NCBI GenBank assembly: GCA_964598995.1
Contig: CAZRDR010000021.1
Span: 537-64,536 of the forward strand
Direction of reading: 5' to 3'
DNA length: 64,000 nt
Source of the DNA: an uncultured Gammaproteobacteria bacterium
GTDB taxonomy: Bacteria; Patescibacteriota; Microgenomatia; Levybacterales; UBA12049
Below the pieces are notes generated by a model. The model was not told the DNA's origin and did not search any database. It saw only the letters and a list, made by a program, of their open reading frames with translations. Shown piece after piece: positions 20,953 to 29,535 of this stretch. Position 1 is the stretch's first letter. Each line of letters begins with the position of its first letter. The position numbers and the translations under genes are program-made.

Positions 20953-22023
20953 ATGATTTTTTCTATCATGCTACCGCCGTTATTATTAGCTTTTGTGGTG
21001 ACTGTTGTTGCTACGTATCTTTTATTACCACTCATCACAAAATTAGGTCTCGTTGATGATCCTAAAAAGCATATTCATCCAGCAATTCTTCATTCTAAAG
21101 TTATCCCTCGCGGTGGGGGTATCCCTCTTTTTATAGGCATTCTGCTGGCAAGTCTCATTTTTATTCCTATTAATTCTGTAACAATTGCCATTTTTTTCGC
21201 GGCACTATTAGCGCTTGTGATTGGCATCATCGACGATAAATTTAACGCGATCTCAAAAGACGTCTCACCTTATCTCCGCTTTCTCGTTAATATTCTGTGC
21301 GCTGTTATCGTCGTCGGTTCAGGAGTGACAATCCCTTTTATTACTAATCCTTTAGGAGGGATCATTAATCTAGGACATAATGTTTTACCATTCCTTCCGA
21401 TTACTTTTGGCGATATTATCACTGGTATGTGGATTATCTGGGTGATGACGATGCTTAACTGGAGTAAAGGAGTGGATGGCCAGATGCCGGGAATAGTTGC
21501 TATCTCTGCACTCGTTATTGGTGTACTTAGTTTACGTTTTCCATTTCTAGATAGCACCAGTCTTATCGACGCTAAACTCTCCTTTATCATTACGGGAGCT
21601 GCACTTGGCTTTTTACTCTTCAATTTTTATCCAGCCAAAATATTTCCTGGCTATGGGGCAACGAGTATGTATCTTCTTCTAGCGGTCGTGTCTATCCTCT
21701 CAAGTGCTAAATTAGCCACAGCAATTCTGGTGATGGGTGTACCAACAGTCGATGCTGTTTTTACTATCCTAAGACGACTCCTTGAGGGAAGATCACCCTT
21801 CTGGGGAGATAAAAAACACCTTCATCACCTTCTCCTTAGGCTTGGCTATAGCCAACGGCAAATCGCGTTGTTTTATTGGGCAATCTCTGCTATAGTGGGC
21901 ACAATTGCTCTTACCGTACACAGCGAAAGTAAACCTTTTGCTCTCCTTCTTTTATTTGCTCTAGCTGGAGGCGGACTACTTTTTTTACATTTATTAATGC
22001 GCAATGAAAAAGACAGTTCGTAA
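20953..22023 (+). CDS. WecA/TagO/MraY-family polyprenyl-phosphate sugar-phosphate transferase
   Basis: PRGGG, GIIDDK, NWSKGVDG, FNFYPAKIFPG, DKKHLHH. Confidence 0.9.
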   Translation: MIFSIMLPPLLLAFVVTVVATYLLLPLITKLGLVDDPKKHIHPAILHSKVIPRGGGIPLFIGILLASLIFIPINSVTIAIFFAALLALVIGIIDDKFNAISKDVSPYLRFLVNILCAVIVVGSGVTIPFITNPLGGIINLGHNVLPFLPITFGDIITGMWIIWVMTMLNWSKGVDGQMPGIVAISALVIGVLSLRFPFLDSTSLIDAKLSFIITGAALGFLLFNFYPAKIFPGYGATSMYLLLAVVSILSSAKLATAILVMGVPTVDAVFTILRRLLEGRSPFWGDKKHLHHLLLRLGYSQRQIALFYWAISAIVGTIALTVHSESKPFALLLLFALAGGGLLFLHLLMRNEKDSS

Positions 22024-22951
22024 TTATCTACGTCTACTCAGACCTCGCCAGTGGTCTAAAAATTTCGCGATCTTTGCTGCGATCACTTTCGGCGGGCAGC
22101 TCTTAGTTTGGAACAGCCTAGTTACAGTTGTATTTGGCTTTCTTATCTTTTGTTCACTTTCAAGTGCTATCTACGTTATCAATGATATTTTTGATATTAA
22201 TAAAGACCGGCTGCATCCTTTTAAAAAATTCCGCCCAATTCCCAATGGTGATATCCCAATCCCGACTGCAATCGTGATCGCAATCATCCTTGCATCAGTT
22301 GCTATCATCGGGAGTTCATTTATCTCCCCAGCTTTTTTCCTTTTGACGCTTTCCTATATGCTTCTCCAGATTCTTTATTCAGTTGTAATGAAAAATATCG
22401 CAGTCATTGATATTCTCGCACTTGCGGCAGGATATATCTTGCGAGTATACGCAGGCGAATTTTTAAGCGGTTATCATATCTCTGTCTGGCTTTTACTGAC
22501 TACTATTTCGCTTTCTCTCTTCTTAGCTATTGGAAAAAGACGTCGAGAATTAACATTAGTATCAGAAGATAGTACTAAAAATATTGCACTTATCAGGAAA
22601 ACACTCTCCCACTATTCAGAGAGACTTCTTGATGTTTATACCTCCATCTTTGCAACCTCAACGTTCATCTCTTATTCTCTTTTCACTTTTTTGGAGAACT
22701 CACATCGATATACTATTACTAATGATCTCCTCTTCCCAGATTTCTTACCAACATCACTCAATCAGAGAAAATGGTTAATGCTTACGATTATCCCAGTCGT
22801 CTATGGGCTGATGCGCTATATGCAGGATATTTATGAGAAACACGAAGGCGAAAGTCCAGAGAAAGTACTTTTTTCGGATAAACCACTGCTGGCTACCATC
22901 ATGATCTGGGCGATCATGGTTTTCGTTATTATCTACATCGTCCAGGGGTGA
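22004..22951 (+). CDS. UbiA-superfamily polyprenyl-phosphate phosphoribosyltransferase-like protein
   Basis: LRPRQWSKN, YVINDIFDINKDRLHPFKKFRPI, GKRRREL. Confidence 0.85.
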   Translation: MKKTVRNYLRLLRPRQWSKNFAIFAAITFGGQLLVWNSLVTVVFGFLIFCSLSSAIYVINDIFDINKDRLHPFKKFRPIPNGDIPIPTAIVIAIILASVAIIGSSFISPAFFLLTLSYMLLQILYSVVMKNIAVIDILALAAGYILRVYAGEFLSGYHISVWLLLTTISLSLFLAIGKRRRELTLVSEDSTKNIALIRKTLSHYSERLLDVYTSIFATSTFISYSLFTFLENSHRYTITNDLLFPDFLPTSLNQRKWLMLTIIPVVYGLMRYMQDIYEKHEGESPEKVLFSDKPLLATIMIWAIMVFVIIYIVQG

Positions 22952-23803
22952 TTATTGTTTTTGGGCGTACTGACTGCTTATCCACCCGACTGTCCCATCA
23001 GTGAGTTTTATCTGATACCATCCATCAGCTTCCGTAACAAGGTCAAATGACTGACCTGGCAGGACTTGGCCAACCGCTGCAGCTGCAACACTTGCACTAG
23101 CCCTTACTCGTAAGAAACCTGTTGGTGTCTGGAGAATCGTTACCTTACTCTTAACTGGAGTCGGCGTTGCTGAAGGAGAAGCTGATTTAGTCGGCGTAGG
23201 CGTCGTCTGAGCTCCACTCTCATCATCAACACCTAAATAAACTGAGGCAATAAGCTTATAACCACTTGGTGTACGTATTCTCACTTTTTTATCAGCATAG
23301 CCTGCTTTTTTCAGCGTTAGCTCATGATCCGAATCAGTAATATTCTTAATTAGAAGCGGTGAGTAACCAGAGGAATTATTATCGAGTAACACCTCGACAG
23401 TATCAGGAATAGACGTAATCAAAAGTTGTCTATCATTACCATTTTTTAATGGCTCAAGCGTAATAATACTGCCTTCACTCGCTGCTCCGGCACCGAATTT
23501 TCGATCAACGACTGTGAGAATTGACTTAGAGATACTGATCTTTTCCTGGAACTCACTATAGTTGCCGCTATTAGGGACAACGCGAATTGTATAATCACCT
23601 GTTCCGATCATGTCATTAGTGTTACATTTACACAGAGGTGTTTGGCCGAGATATTTCCCATTCAAATAGACTTTACTCTGCGGCGCAGCAGTTACTTGCA
23701 ACGCACCTTTATCATTTCCCCGAAGGAGAATTGACTGCACCAGGAGAAAAACAATAGCTGCAAAGATGAAAGATGGAATGAGGATTAAAAGAGCTTTCTT
23801 CAT
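22952..23803 (-). CDS. Membrane-anchored PEGA-domain protein with C-terminal SH3b
   Basis: N-terminal TM, VYLNGKYLGQTP (PEGA), TP-rich linker, FLRVR...GWYQI...VGWISSQY (SH3b). Confidence 0.8.
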   Translation of the reverse strand: MKKALLILIPSFIFAAIVFLLVQSILLRGNDKGALQVTAAPQSKVYLNGKYLGQTPLCKCNTNDMIGTGDYTIRVVPNSGNYSEFQEKISISKSILTVVDRKFGAGAASEGSIITLEPLKNGNDRQLLITSIPDTVEVLLDNNSSGYSPLLIKNITDSDHELTLKKAGYADKKVRIRTPSGYKLIASVYLGVDDESGAQTTPTPTKSASPSATPTPVKSKVTILQTPTGFLRVRASASVAAAAVGQVLPGQSFDLVTEADGWYQIKLTDGTVGWISSQYAQKQ

Positions 23804-23851
23804 GCAAGTGAGATGTTACTATACCACAGAATGAAAGGCCCGACAAACTAA

Positions 23852-26038
23852 TTATGAGGCTGGTTGTACACCCAGGATCTCGACAGTTCCACCGCAGTAT
23901 TTGGTGATAATCTCACAGGTCTCACGTAACACTTTTTCAACCTGAGCAGGTGTAATATCAAAAACTCCATCGACGTTAATCAGCACATTTTTAGTTGTGA
24001 GACTAACAGCTGTCCGCAGACTATCACGATAATTAAGGTCAAGATTATACGGACCTTTTTGATCAAAATAAGCAAGCTCACCATCTTTACAGGTTGTTTT
24101 TTCGTCATCACCTAATAGAAGGATCGAATCAGTTGAGGTTGCGAGACAGAGCTCAGTCGGCAAAGCTATCTCATCCAAATCAAACGCTCCAACCGAGACA
24201 TGATGCTTCATAACAACCAGGTTATATGCATCAACAAGAGTATTAACAGTGTACAAACCTTTTTTTAAGGCAACTCGTCTTAAAAGAGCCTCAGGACTTG
24301 GTCTGCGCGAATGCCAATCAATTCCCATATCCTTATAGAGTTTTCTATAACTCACAATTTCAGGGAATGATCCGATCTGTTCTGTAGTAAGAGTCTCAAA
24401 CGAACTGAGTAATTCCTTTTTTGCTACTTCTAATTCCTTATCTTCTGTCTTAATAGTCACATTTTTAATAATCGCAACTCCAGTTGAGAGGGAAGGAAAT
24501 TTTTCAGCAGCAGCTGAATTAATAGAAAAAATCTCAGGCTTATTAAGTACTGTCAGTTCTTTTTCTTCGTTACGTGCTCCTGTTTGAGGTTTGTTCTCGA
24601 CTTTTAGCGTTGGGAAAAGAACAACTTCTTTAACTGCCCAGGTATTCGTCAAAAACATTGTTAAGCGGTCGATCCCGATACCAATGCCACCTGTTGGTGG
24701 CATACCGTATTCCATCGCCAGTAAGAAATCTTGATCAATCTGCTGGGCTTCCTCGCGGTCTTTGCGAGTTGCGTTGGTATCTTTGGTAAAGCGTTCGCGC
24801 TGGACTTGTGGATCAGTCAGCTCTGACCAGCCGTCAAAAATTTCTTTTCCGCCGACATATCCCTCAAATCGCTCAACCCAGCCTGGTTTGGAACGGTGAG
24901 GTTTGGAAAGTGGACTGATATCTTCTGGATAATCGATGATCCAGGTTGGTTCTTTGAGGGTTTTCGGGATAATATGATCAAAAATCATAAATATCAGCTG
25001 ACCTTTAGTCTCTCCACCTAAGATTTCCATCTGAGGACAGTGCTCTTTCGCAAATGCCAAAAGTGATTCAACTGTCGCTGTCTCAACATCAAGCCCCAGT
25101 CGTTCCTTCAGGATCGTTGCCATCTCAATTCGAGGCCATTTATTACCGATATCTATTGTCTGGTCATCTACTTGTAATTTGGTATCACCGTAAATTTTAG
25201 TTGCCAAATGCTTGAGTAGTCCCTCAGCAACATCCATGACCCGGTTATAGTCAGCATATGCTTCATACCACTCAATCATCGTAAATTCAGGGAAATGTGT
25301 CTGGTCAATACCTTCGTTACGAAAATCTTTACAGATTTCATAAACTCGTTCATAACCGCCGACTATCAGGCGTTTGAGATAAAGCTCATCTGCGATACGT
25401 AAGAATACATCTTGATCAAGAGCATTAAGGTGGGTTTTAAAGGGTTTGGCATTCGCACCGCCATAAAGCGGCTGAAGAGTTGGAGTCTCGACTTCCCAGA
25501 ATCCAAGTCCATCGAGGTACTCTCTAACTCCTCGGACGACTTTAGTACGCACATTAAAGCGTTCACGAACATCAGGGTTAAGTAGAAGATCCAAATAACG
25601 CTGTCGATAGCGAGTCTCAACGTCTTTGACGCCAAACCATGTACTCGGCAGAGTCCGCATCGCTTTAGTAAGAAGGGTATATTCAGTAGGTGCGACTGAG
25701 GTCTCACCAGCAATTGTCTTGACGACTTCACCTTTCACACCAATGATGTCACCAAGATCTAAGAGCTTAAGATTTTTAAAAGCCTCTGCCCCAAGGAGAT
25801 CTTTTTTGAAGAAAAGCTGGATTTTACCTGTCTCATCCTGTAAATCGGCGAAAGCGATATTCCCATGCTCTCGGAAAGACATGAGCTTGCCGGCTGTACT
25901 GACAGTCTCACCCATACTAGACAACGCGTCCTTGACCATGTGAGTCTTTGGATACGACGCAGCATAAGGATTCCAGCCTAGGGCTTTAATTTTCTCTAGT
26001 TTTTCTTTACGAACTTTTATTAATTCTGAATCATCCAT
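23852..26038 (-). CDS. lysS: Class II lysyl-tRNA synthetase fused to a C-terminal B3/4 domain
   Basis: RYRQRYLDL, ELYLKRLIVGGYERVYE, FRNEG, GMPPTGGIGIGIDRL; about 225 extra aa containing RPSPEALLRR...NTLVDAYNLV. Confidence 0.95.
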   Translation of the reverse strand: MDDSELIKVRKEKLEKIKALGWNPYAASYPKTHMVKDALSSMGETVSTAGKLMSFREHGNIAFADLQDETGKIQLFFKKDLLGAEAFKNLKLLDLGDIIGVKGEVVKTIAGETSVAPTEYTLLTKAMRTLPSTWFGVKDVETRYRQRYLDLLLNPDVRERFNVRTKVVRGVREYLDGLGFWEVETPTLQPLYGGANAKPFKTHLNALDQDVFLRIADELYLKRLIVGGYERVYEICKDFRNEGIDQTHFPEFTMIEWYEAYADYNRVMDVAEGLLKHLATKIYGDTKLQVDDQTIDIGNKWPRIEMATILKERLGLDVETATVESLLAFAKEHCPQMEILGGETKGQLIFMIFDHIIPKTLKEPTWIIDYPEDISPLSKPHRSKPGWVERFEGYVGGKEIFDGWSELTDPQVQRERFTKDTNATRKDREEAQQIDQDFLLAMEYGMPPTGGIGIGIDRLTMFLTNTWAVKEVVLFPTLKVENKPQTGARNEEKELTVLNKPEIFSINSAAAEKFPSLSTGVAIIKNVTIKTEDKELEVAKKELLSSFETLTTEQIGSFPEIVSYRKLYKDMGIDWHSRRPSPEALLRRVALKKGLYTVNTLVDAYNLVVMKHHVSVGAFDLDEIALPTELCLATSTDSILLLGDDEKTTCKDGELAYFDQKGPYNLDLNYRDSLRTAVSLTTKNVLINVDGVFDITPAQVEKVLRETCEIITKYCGGTVEILGVQPAS

Positions 26039-26086
26039 ATCTTATTCTCCTTGCATTATAAATGTTTTACCGTCGCTTTAGAAGGT

Positions 26087-26902
26087 CTACCTTTTATTGA
26101 TAAAGCTCGACCCTTGTCTCCCTCCTTGAATCCGAGCTTGAGCTCGCTGTAACGTCTCACCTGACATTTGTGAGAAATCCAGCTCATCAAACTGTCTAAC
26201 TACCTGCCACCGAGAGTTAGGTAATGAAAAATTACGACCACCTTCTACTAGTTGTTGTGATAACAGCTCTTTATCTTCGTGTCGTTGGGGTCGATACCAG
26301 ACATAAGGTACGATAACTACATCACTATTCCCGCCTGTAGCGATCGCTGGCCTGGAAGTCACCCCCCCTGTGAACCCAAAATGAGCACCAGCCCGAGAAG
26401 ACTTTAAGAGAAAACAACTGGAATCCGAACCTACCATATCTGCATTAACCGCACCAGCCAGATAACCCTCCGACTTCTCACAGAATATCTGGTCAGAAAA
26501 TGTATCAATCGCATAGGGAACCCTCGGTAAGTTAGCTACCCTATCTGAAAGAGCAGGCGACATATTCTCTATTGGGAGTTGGGAATGAAGAACGGCCAGA
26601 ACAAATGGGAAATTCCCTCGTTCTCCTCTCTCAACTCTTTGCCATAATTCACCAAGTAACTCCATCGTTTCCTCACGCTGTGCCAACTCTGAGATAACGC
26701 CACTTGGAGTATGACTACTCCCTGCCAACGTTAATTCTGCTTGAAGTGCTGTCGCGAGAGCTTTTGTTCCATTTCCGATCGCTATATAAGGATTCGCCAG
26801 CAGCCTCCTTGCCTCATCTAACAAATGCTGATCTATCCGTTGTTCTTGCCGATCTCGCATTACCGTTGACTCATCTTGATATGTATTAAATTCAGTACTC
26901 AT
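26087..26902 (-). CDS. Hypothetical protein
   Basis: 271-aa ORF with no motif I recognise; first gene after the attenuator. Confidence 0.65.
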   Translation of the reverse strand: MSTEFNTYQDESTVMRDRQEQRIDQHLLDEARRLLANPYIAIGNGTKALATALQAELTLAGSSHTPSGVISELAQREETMELLGELWQRVERGERGNFPFVLAVLHSQLPIENMSPALSDRVANLPRVPYAIDTFSDQIFCEKSEGYLAGAVNADMVGSDSSCFLLKSSRAGAHFGFTGGVTSRPAIATGGNSDVVIVPYVWYRPQRHEDKELLSQQLVEGGRNFSLPNSRWQVVRQFDELDFSQMSGETLQRAQARIQGGRQGSSFINKR

Positions 26903-26910
26903 ATTCCACT

Positions 26911-26935
26911 AAAAAACCCCTCCTTGGAGGGGTCT
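26911..26935 (-). terminator. Attenuator terminator hairpin (3:4)
   Basis: ACCCCTC-CAAG-GAGGGGT followed by TTTTT, 8 nt before the ATG at 26902. Confidence 0.85.
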
Positions 26936-26961
26936 ATTCATAAACACGAAAAGAACCCCTC

Positions 26962-27009
26962 TTACGAGCGGTTCTTCTTAGCATTAGTTAAAACGTTACG
27001 TGTTTGCAT
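26962..27009 (-). CDS. Putative leader peptide MQTRNVLTNAKKNRS
   Basis: ATG CAA ACA CGT AAC GTT TTA ACT AAT GCT AAG AAG AAC CGC TCG TAA; the stop codon sits in the loop of hairpin 1:2. Confidence 0.6.
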   Translation of the reverse strand: MQTRNVLTNAKKNRS

Positions 27010-27024
27010 AGGTTGTAAGTGCGT

Positions 27025-27053
27025 ATTATTACTGAACAGTTATCTACTGTCAA
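27025..27053 (-). promoter_or_regulatory. Promoter upstream of the leader peptide
   Basis: TTGACA (27053-27048), 17 nt, AATAAT (27030-27025). Confidence 0.65.
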
Positions 27054-27056
27054 GAA

Positions 27057-28022
27057 CTAATCATTGATAATGACAACTTCAGGTTCTGGACGAAAACCGA
27101 ACGTCTCGGCAAATTTATCCTGAATTTCTTTGATGAGTGTCTTTACATCTTCTCCTTTAGCGTGATCGATATTAACAATGTAATTGGTGTGTTTTGAAGA
27201 GACCATCGCCCCCCCGACTTGTTTTTGGGAGAACCCCAAGCGATTAATAAGATATCCCATCGAGACCTTGCCGTACCATTTTTGCTCTGATAATTCTCGG
27301 ACCTCTGGCCAAACCTTAAATATTTTTTCCTCTTCTTCTTTATGCGTTATATTCTTAAATACAGAACCACAGGATGGATATTCCATCGGGTGATGCGTCT
27401 GACGATAGTCGATATTTTTTCTGTAGACCTCTTCTGCTTCTTGGACCTCTGCGACGCTCCCTTCTTTTAATTGAAATGTCGCTGAGACGATGAGAAGATT
27501 TGGGTGATGCTTAAAAAAACTGTCACGATAGCCGAAATGTGCTTCAGTATGAGAATAAGTCTTAATCTTGAGTTCAGGATCGGTGATATCGATGACTTCT
27601 GCCTCAAAGAACGTATCTTTCGTCTCTGCGCCAAAGGCACCTGCATTCCCGCGTACTGCCCCTCCGACACTGCTTGGTAGTCCACCAGCCCACTCAAGGC
27701 CTACTAATGACTCACTGATACTTTCTTTAATGAGTGAATCCATCGTCTCCCCTGCGAAAGCTTTTATTTTCGTTCCTTTCCTCTCAAAAGATGTTCCATC
27801 ACCACTTAAAAAAATTACTGCCCCTAAAAAAGGGCTATCTGGGAGAATGACATTTGAGCCAAGTCCGAGGATCAATATATCGTTGATGTCTTTCTGTCTG
27901 CAAAAGTCCAAGGCTTCTTTAACTTCCGCAACATTACTGACTTCAAGGACGAAGCGCGCCTTGCCGCCAATTTTATAATAAACTAACTCAGACAAAGGAA
28001 AATCTTCACGGATAAGCATCAT
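27057..28022 (-). CDS. murB: UDP-N-acetylenolpyruvoylglucosamine reductase
   Basis: KIGGKA, LGLGSN, GGAVRGNAGAFG, FGYRDS, SCGSVFKN. Confidence 0.95.
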   Translation of the reverse strand: MMLIREDFPLSELVYYKIGGKARFVLEVSNVAEVKEALDFCRQKDINDILILGLGSNVILPDSPFLGAVIFLSGDGTSFERKGTKIKAFAGETMDSLIKESISESLVGLEWAGGLPSSVGGAVRGNAGAFGAETKDTFFEAEVIDITDPELKIKTYSHTEAHFGYRDSFFKHHPNLLIVSATFQLKEGSVAEVQEAEEVYRKNIDYRQTHHPMEYPSCGSVFKNITHKEEEEKIFKVWPEVRELSEQKWYGKVSMGYLINRLGFSQKQVGGAMVSSKHTNYIVNIDHAKGEDVKTLIKEIQDKFAETFGFRPEPEVVIIND

Positions 28023-28040
28023 GAGGAGAGTATACGGCTT

Positions 28041-28511
28041 TTAGTTAACCGAAACAATGGTATAGTGGATCTTACCAGCTGGTGCCTCGACTTCGATACT
28101 TTCACCAATTTGTTTACCGATAAGAGCTTTACCTAATGGAGATTCATGTGAAATTTTCTTTTCGGCAGGATCTGCTTCCCATTCGCCAACGACTCGATAA
28201 ACTTCCTGTTTGTCATTGATCTTAAGGGTAACTTCTGAGCCAAGAGCAACAGCACTGCCATTTTTGGAACCGCCTTCTTCAATGAGTGAAACCTGCTTGA
28301 GTAACTCTTCAAGTTCATCGATACGTCCATCAATAAATGAAAGCTCTTCACGTGCAGCAACGTACTCAGCGTTCTCTGAGAGGTCACCTTGATTGCGAGC
28401 ATCAGATACGCGAGTGACAACTTCAGGACGTTTTACCTTAGTTAATTCTTCGTATTCCTTTTTAAGATCTGCTAACCCGTCTTTTGTAAGATATATTTTC
28501 TTTGTATCCAT
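28041..28511 (-). CDS. greA: Transcription elongation factor GreA
   Basis: GDLSENAEYVAA, ISHESPLGKALIG, EAPAG. Confidence 0.97.
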   Translation of the reverse strand: MDTKKIYLTKDGLADLKKEYEELTKVKRPEVVTRVSDARNQGDLSENAEYVAAREELSFIDGRIDELEELLKQVSLIEEGGSKNGSAVALGSEVTLKINDKQEVYRVVGEWEADPAEKKISHESPLGKALIGKQIGESIEVEAPAGKIHYTIVSVN

Positions 28512-28519
28512 ATTTATCT

Positions 28520-28608
28520 AAAAAATCCCTCCTTTTCTGTAAGAGAGGGGAAGTATTTGGTATATGTAAACCAGAGAAAGTATAGATAAAAATTAGTCAA
28601 TTTGTCAA
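28520..28608 (-). promoter_or_regulatory. greA promoter and leader with terminator-like hairpin
   Basis: TTGACA (28608-28603), 18 nt, TATACT (28584-28579). Leader hairpin CCCTCT/GGAGGG followed by ATTTTTT before the ATG. Confidence 0.55.
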
Positions 28609-28677
28609 TGATATTTAACCACGACCTGTAGTTGAGTTATCCAAGTATATTGGTAAATAATTAGAAGGTGTATAGTA

Positions 28678-29535
28678 TTATTTTTGGTCATGTAAGCGTT
28701 CGTGGAATTGTGATATGACAGTCTTTCTAGCATCATTCGGATGAAAAGCCAGACGATCATTACCAATAGTTTCAGTCGTTTTATGAGAAGAAATAATCAG
28801 CAGTTCGAGTGATCTGACAATCGGTTCAAAAAATACTAATAATTTGTAAGGACGTTTTTTAAGCTGCCTAAAGTTAACAGCTCTCCCTTTAGCATTCGGT
28901 AGTATCTTGTGTGTCCAACTATTTACTTCCAAAAATCTTTCGTAGGTTTTATCCCTATCAAATAAAGGATACAGTTGCATGATTTCCCTAGCAGTGTAAA
29001 TATCCTGAAATTTTTTAGGGAATGCCATCCCTGACTCAGTTACTAGCATGTTGAGACAGAATTTATTATTAGGGTGAGCGTCCTGACGTTTACGTCTTTT
29101 GCCGCTTAATTGTAAGAGCAGTAATAATAAGAGGCGTGAAGAAAAAAGTGTCCGATCAGCTGTAATAACAAAAAGGTCGATATCATCATCCTGCGCTGCA
29201 TTCATTGCTGCGACACTTCCACTCACACCTACGAATAACACGCTTGGGATTAACGACAAATAACGCCCAACGGTTATAGCTAAACGTAGTTTTGTATCTG
29301 AAAATTCTCTCTTTTCTTGCGATACATCTATCGTCTGTGGATAGTTCTTCAAGGCTACATATCCGTTCTTCATGATAATAGTATCTCGATATGAGGAAAG
29401 AGCATCTTTTACTTCTTGCAAAGTAGCAGGATGTGCGCTTTGCCAGAAATAATGAAGCTCTTCTATCGTTAATGCTGCGTTAAAAAGGTGAGAATAAAGA
29501 AGTGTGTGGATTACTGCTTTTTTATTACTGCCCAT
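28678..29535 (-). CDS. Pol-beta-superfamily nucleotidyltransferase-domain protein
   Basis: VGVSGSVA...DDDIDLFVI (GS..DxD signature). Confidence 0.7.
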   Translation of the reverse strand: MGSNKKAVIHTLLYSHLFNAALTIEELHYFWQSAHPATLQEVKDALSSYRDTIIMKNGYVALKNYPQTIDVSQEKREFSDTKLRLAITVGRYLSLIPSVLFVGVSGSVAAMNAAQDDDIDLFVITADRTLFSSRLLLLLLLQLSGKRRKRQDAHPNNKFCLNMLVTESGMAFPKKFQDIYTAREIMQLYPLFDRDKTYERFLEVNSWTHKILPNAKGRAVNFRQLKKRPYKLLVFFEPIVRSLELLIISSHKTTETIGNDRLAFHPNDARKTVISQFHERLHDQK

